Assembly: GCA_963773065.1 (NCBI GenBank)
Contig: CAVYZN010000032.1
Span: 64,001 to 128,000, forward strand
Origin: an uncultured Gammaproteobacteria bacterium
GTDB taxonomy: Bacteria; Pseudomonadota; Gammaproteobacteria; UBA9214
DNA length: 64,000 nt
Direction of reading: 5' to 3'
Below, piece by piece: positions 60,206-64,000 of the stretch (position 1 is its first letter; the number at the start of each line of letters is the position of its first letter). Under the pieces are notes generated by a model that was not told the origin of the DNA, made no database searches, and saw only the letters and a program-made list of their open reading frames with translations. The position numbers and the translations under genes are program-made.

Positions 60206-62907
60206 GGCGATGCCTCGGGTTCCATGCCGGGCTGTTCGTCCAGCGGCAAGGTAAAGATAAACCGTGCGCCGTGGGGGGCGCGATTCTCGGCCCAGATTTT
60301 CCCGCCGTGCCCTTCCACGATCGCCTCGCAGATGGCGAGCCCCAGGCCCACGCCGGGGATGACCGATTCCTTTTCGCCGCGGACGAACTGCGCGAAAATG
60401 GCGCGCTCCTGGCCGGGCGGCAGGCCCGGGCCCTCGTCCCACACTTCGACGCGCAGCTGTTCCTCCGCCGGTTTGGCGGTGACGCCGATGGCCGTCCCGG
60501 GCGGCGTGTATTTGGCGGCGTTCTCCAGCAGATTGACCAGTACGCGCTCCATCAGGAGCGGGTCGCATCTGACCAGCGGCAGATCCGCGGGCAGATCCAG
60601 GCTGACCGGGTGCTCGCTCAATGCCGGCTCGAGCCCCTTGAGCGCGCTGCCGACGATCTCCTCGAGCGACTGCCAGTCCTTGCGCGGCTTCACGTCGCCG
60701 GATTGCAGCCTGGCCATTTCCAGCAGGTTGTTCACCATCCGGCTGGTGCGCAAGGCCTGCTCGCGTATCACGTCGGCCTTGTCCGTGTATTCCGATTGCG
60801 CCGCGACCAGATCGAGCGACAGCGTCTCGGCCATGCCGACCAGCGCCGTGAGCGGCGTTCGCAGGTCGTGCGAGAGCGCGGCCAGCAGCGAGTTGCGCAG
60901 CCGCTCGGATTCCATTTTTATCAAGGTGTCCTGCGCCACCGACACGAAGTGGATGCGCTCCAGGGCGATCGCGATCAGCGCCGCGAAGGTGTCGAGCAGC
61001 CGGCGCTGCTCCGGGATCATCAACAGGCGCGGATTCTGCGGCTCGATCACCAGCACCCCGCGCACCCGCATCGGCGCCTTGAGCGGCAGGTAGAGCTGCG
61101 CGGTCGCGGGCAGCGTGTCGGTACCGGTACCGGCCGGTTCGTTCCTGTCGCAGCACCACTGCGCGACGGCGAGATCGTAGGCCGGGGTGGCGCCGTGCGC
61201 GGCGGGCGCCTGCAGCTTGTCGGACAGATCGGGCAACAGGATCGTGGCCTTGGCATGGAAGGTCGATTCCACGAACCGGTCGCTGATCTCGACCACCTGT
61301 TCCTCGACCAGTGCCGATGACAGGGACTTGGCCATTTCATACAGACTGCGGGCGCGTTCCTCGCGATGTTGCGCCACCCGCGCCTGATAGCGCAATCCGG
61401 CGGTGAGATGCCCGGTGACCAGGCCCACGATCAGCATGACGGCGAAGGTGAGCAGATACTGCACGTCGCTCACCGCGAAGGTGAGGCGCGGAGGCACGAA
61501 AAAGAAATCGAACGAGACCACGCTCAGTATCGCGGCGAGCACCGCCGGTCCGCGCCCGTAGCGGTAGGCGATGTACACCACGCCCAGCAGGTACAACATG
61601 ACGATGTTGGCGAGATCGAAGTGACGCAACAGCGGTGTCGCCACCGCCGTGATGCCGGCGCAGGCGAGCGCCGCGTACAGATAACCCCGGAGGGGCACGG
61701 GTGTTCTGGCGTCCTCCCGTCGCTCGATCTCCACGGCGGCCGCGCGGCGCGCGCGCTCTTCCTCCCTGGCCACCGTCATGATATCGATGTCGGGCGCCCG
61801 CGCGCCCAGGCGCTGGCTGAACGCCTGGCGCGCGGGCCAGCGCCGCCGCGCCCGCGTGCTGCGCCCCGCGACGATCCGCCCGAGATTGTTGTGCCGCGCG
61901 TAGTCGAGCACGGCCTCGACGGCATCCTGCGCGGCCACGGTCGCCGTCTCGGCGCCGAGATCCTGCGCGAGCTTGAGCGTCCTGAGGATGGCATGCTGGC
62001 GCGCCTCCGGCAGGCGCCGCGTCCGCGGGGTCTCCACGTACAGCGCATGCCACAGGCTGTCGAGCTTCGTGGCGAGGCGCGCCGCCGTGCGCACCACCTT
62101 CTCGTCCACGTCGCTCGGCCCGATGCAGGCGAGCAGCGTGTCGCGCGTGTGCCAGACATGCTCCTGTGCGCTGGTGCGGCGGAACGCCCGCATCTGGTCA
62201 TCCACGCGGTCGGCCGTCTGCCGCAGCGCCAGGTTGCGCAGCGCGATCAGGTTACCCTTGCGGAAGAAGTTCTGGATCGCGCGCTCGGCCTGTTCCGGCA
62301 GATACACCTTGCCCTCGCGCAGGCGCACCAGCAGGTCGTCGGGCGGCAGGTCCACCAGCACGACCTCGTTGGCATCGGCGAACACGCGGTCCGGCACCGT
62401 CTCCCAGACGCGGATGCCGGTGATGCCCCCGACGATGTCGTTGAGGCTTTCGATGTGCTGCACGTTGACGGTCGTGAGCACGTCGATGCCCGCGGCCAGC
62501 AGCTCCTCGACGTCCTGCCAGCGTTTGGGGTGGCGGCAGCGCGGCGCGTTCGAATGCGCCAGCTCATCGACCAGCAGCACCGCCGGCCGGCGCCGGAGCG
62601 CCGCGTCGAGGTCGAATTCCTGCAAGGTGCGCCCGCGGTGCTCGATATCCTTGCGCGGCAGGCTTTCCAGGCCCTCCATCAGCACCGCGGTTTCGCTGCG
62701 GCCGTGGGTCTCGACCACGCCGATCACCACGTCCAGCCCCTGCGCGCGCAGGCGGCGCGCCTCGATCAGCATCGCGTAGGTCTTGCCGACCCCGGGCGTG
62801 GCGCCGAAAAAAATCCTGAGCCTGCCGCGCCGGGCCTGCGCTTCCTGCGCTTTGGCCTCCGCCAGCAGCGCATCGGGGGAGGGGCGGCGAGTGTCGTCTT
62901 GTGCCAC
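60202..62907 (-). CDS. kdpD: Sensor kinase KdpD
   Basis: GATPGVGKTYAML, DELAHSN..KRWQD, SHDLRTPL. Confidence 0.96.
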   Translation of the reverse strand: MAQDDTRRPSPDALLAEAKAQEAQARRGRLRIFFGATPGVGKTYAMLIEARRLRAQGLDVVIGVVETHGRSETAVLMEGLESLPRKDIEHRGRTLQEFDLDAALRRRPAVLLVDELAHSNAPRCRHPKRWQDVEELLAAGIDVLTTVNVQHIESLNDIVGGITGIRVWETVPDRVFADANEVVLVDLPPDDLLVRLREGKVYLPEQAERAIQNFFRKGNLIALRNLALRQTADRVDDQMRAFRRTSAQEHVWHTRDTLLACIGPSDVDEKVVRTAARLATKLDSLWHALYVETPRTRRLPEARQHAILRTLKLAQDLGAETATVAAQDAVEAVLDYARHNNLGRIVAGRSTRARRRWPARQAFSQRLGARAPDIDIMTVAREEERARRAAAVEIERREDARTPVPLRGYLYAALACAGITAVATPLLRHFDLANIVMLYLLGVVYIAYRYGRGPAVLAAILSVVSFDFFFVPPRLTFAVSDVQYLLTFAVMLIVGLVTGHLTAGLRYQARVAQHREERARSLYEMAKSLSSALVEEQVVEISDRFVESTFHAKATILLPDLSDKLQAPAAHGATPAYDLAVAQWCCDRNEPAGTGTDTLPATAQLYLPLKAPMRVRGVLVIEPQNPRLLMIPEQRRLLDTFAALIAIALERIHFVSVAQDTLIKMESERLRNSLLAALSHDLRTPLTALVGMAETLSLDLVAAQSEYTDKADVIREQALRTSRMVNNLLEMARLQSGDVKPRKDWQSLEEIVGSALKGLEPALSEHPVSLDLPADLPLVRCDPLLMERVLVNLLENAAKYTPPGTAIGVTAKPAEEQLRVEVWDEGPGLPPGQERAIFAQFVRGEKESVIPGVGLGLAICEAIVEGHGGKIWAENRAPHGARFIFTLPLDEQPGMEPEASP

Positions 62908-62913
62908 GGGTGG

Positions 62914-63490
62914 TTACTGTTGATTACCCTCGAGCGCGAGGTTGAGCCGCAGCACGTTCACCCGCGGCTCGCCCAGTCTGCCGAGCCACGGGCGCTCCGC
63001 CTGCTGCTCGATGAGCGCCGTGACCTGCTCGACCGGGAGGCGCCGGGTCCTGGCCACGCGCGTTGCCTGATAGTACGCCGCCGCGAGCGAAATGTCCGGA
63101 TCCAGACCGCTCGCCGAGGCCGTCACCAGATCGACCGGCACCGGCCGGTCGTTGCCCGGGTCGGCGGCCCTGAGCGCTTCGATGCGCGCCTTGACCGCCT
63201 CGGTCAGCGCCGGATTGAGCGGCCCGAGATTCGAGCCGCTGGAAACCGCGGCGTTGTAGGGATACGGGCCGGTGGCCGAGGGCCGGCCCCAGAAATACCC
63301 GGGCGACGAAAACTGCTGACCGATGAGCGCGGAACCGACCGCTTGGCCGTTCACCGTCACGAGGGAGCCGTTGGCCTGGTGCGGGAACAGCGCCTGGGCG
63401 ACAGCCGGTCACCGCGAGCGGATAAACGACGCCCGTCAGCACGGTAAGCGCCGCGAACAACGTTACCGCGGGACGCAGTAGAGTCTTCAT
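62914..63490 (-). CDS. kdpC: K+-transporting ATPase subunit C (frameshifted)
   Basis: [39 protein letters not shown]. Confidence 0.93.
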
Positions 63491-63502
63491 AGTGTTTTCT
63501 CC

Positions 63503-64000
63503 TTACACCAGACCCAGGGCCACGAGCCCCAGGTCGATGAGCTTGATGCCGATGAACGGGACCAGGATACCACCCAGGCCGTAGATCGCGAGATTGCGCC
63601 GCAACACCGCGCCGGCGCCCTGCGGGCGGTAGGTGATGCCCTTGAGCGCCAGCGGGATCAACGCCACGATGATCAAGGCATTGAAGATCACCGCCGACAG
63701 GATCGCCGACATCGGGCTGGCCAGCCCCATGACGTTGAGCGCGTCGAGCTGCGGGTAGATCGCCACGAACATGGCCGGGATGATGGCGAAGTACTTGGCC
63801 ACGTCGTTGGCGATGCTGAAGGTGGTGAGCGCGCCGCGGGTCATCAGCATCTGCTTGCCGACGGCGACCACCTCGAGCAGCTTGGTCGGGTTCGAGTCGA
63901 GATCGACCATGTTGCCGGCCTCCTTGGCCGCCTGCGTGCCGCTGTGCATCGCCACCGCGACGTCGGCCTGGGCGAGCGCCGGTGCGTCGTTGGTGCCGTC
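63503..64000 (-). CDS. kdpB: K+-transporting ATPase subunit B, 3' part
   Basis: [39 protein letters not shown]. Confidence 0.95.
   Translation of the reverse strand, partial: DGTNDAPALAQADVAVAMHSGTQAAKEAGNMVDLDSNPTKLLEVVAVGKQMLMTRGALTTFSIANDVAKYFAIIPAMFVAIYPQLDALNVMGLASPMSAILSAVIFNALIIVALIPLALKGITYRPQGAGAVLRRNLAIYGLGGILVPFIGIKLIDLGLVALGLV

Overview
GC-rich proteobacterial chromosome segment, probably a sulfur-oxidising gammaproteobacterium (inference). Many scattered 1-nt indels suggest an imperfectly polished long-read assembly. In order: (1) 1-10.5 kb, a restriction-like defence locus (SNF2/DUF3883 helicase, DUF1156 adenine methylase, Swt1-HEPN/DUF499 ATPase) with a damaged RloA/RloB pair and an MNT-HEPN toxin-antitoxin (TA) pair nested inside; (2) a YbhGFSR-like ABC exporter carrying an IS5-like MITE; (3) 16-27.5 kb, a lower-GC array of small minus-strand genes and TA modules that looks like a decayed integron cassette array. 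It has degenerate attC sites, an attI1-like site, an IS1380 insertion and no intI. Its junctions repeatedly carry two short palindromic repeat families, which coincide with truncated attC sites and genes, and it contains a decayed RAYT-like remnant; (4) a sigma54-type nitrate assimilation cluster (nirBD, NasA-like Mo enzyme, FeS-membrane anchor fusion, mobB, nrtABC) next to sqr; (5) a guanidine carboxylase operon with both guanidine-I and guanidine-II riboswitches; (6) a PAS hybrid kinase, hemP, a two-domain multicopper oxidase and kdpBCDE. The best candidate for an undescribed system is the repeat-punctuated cassette array in (3).
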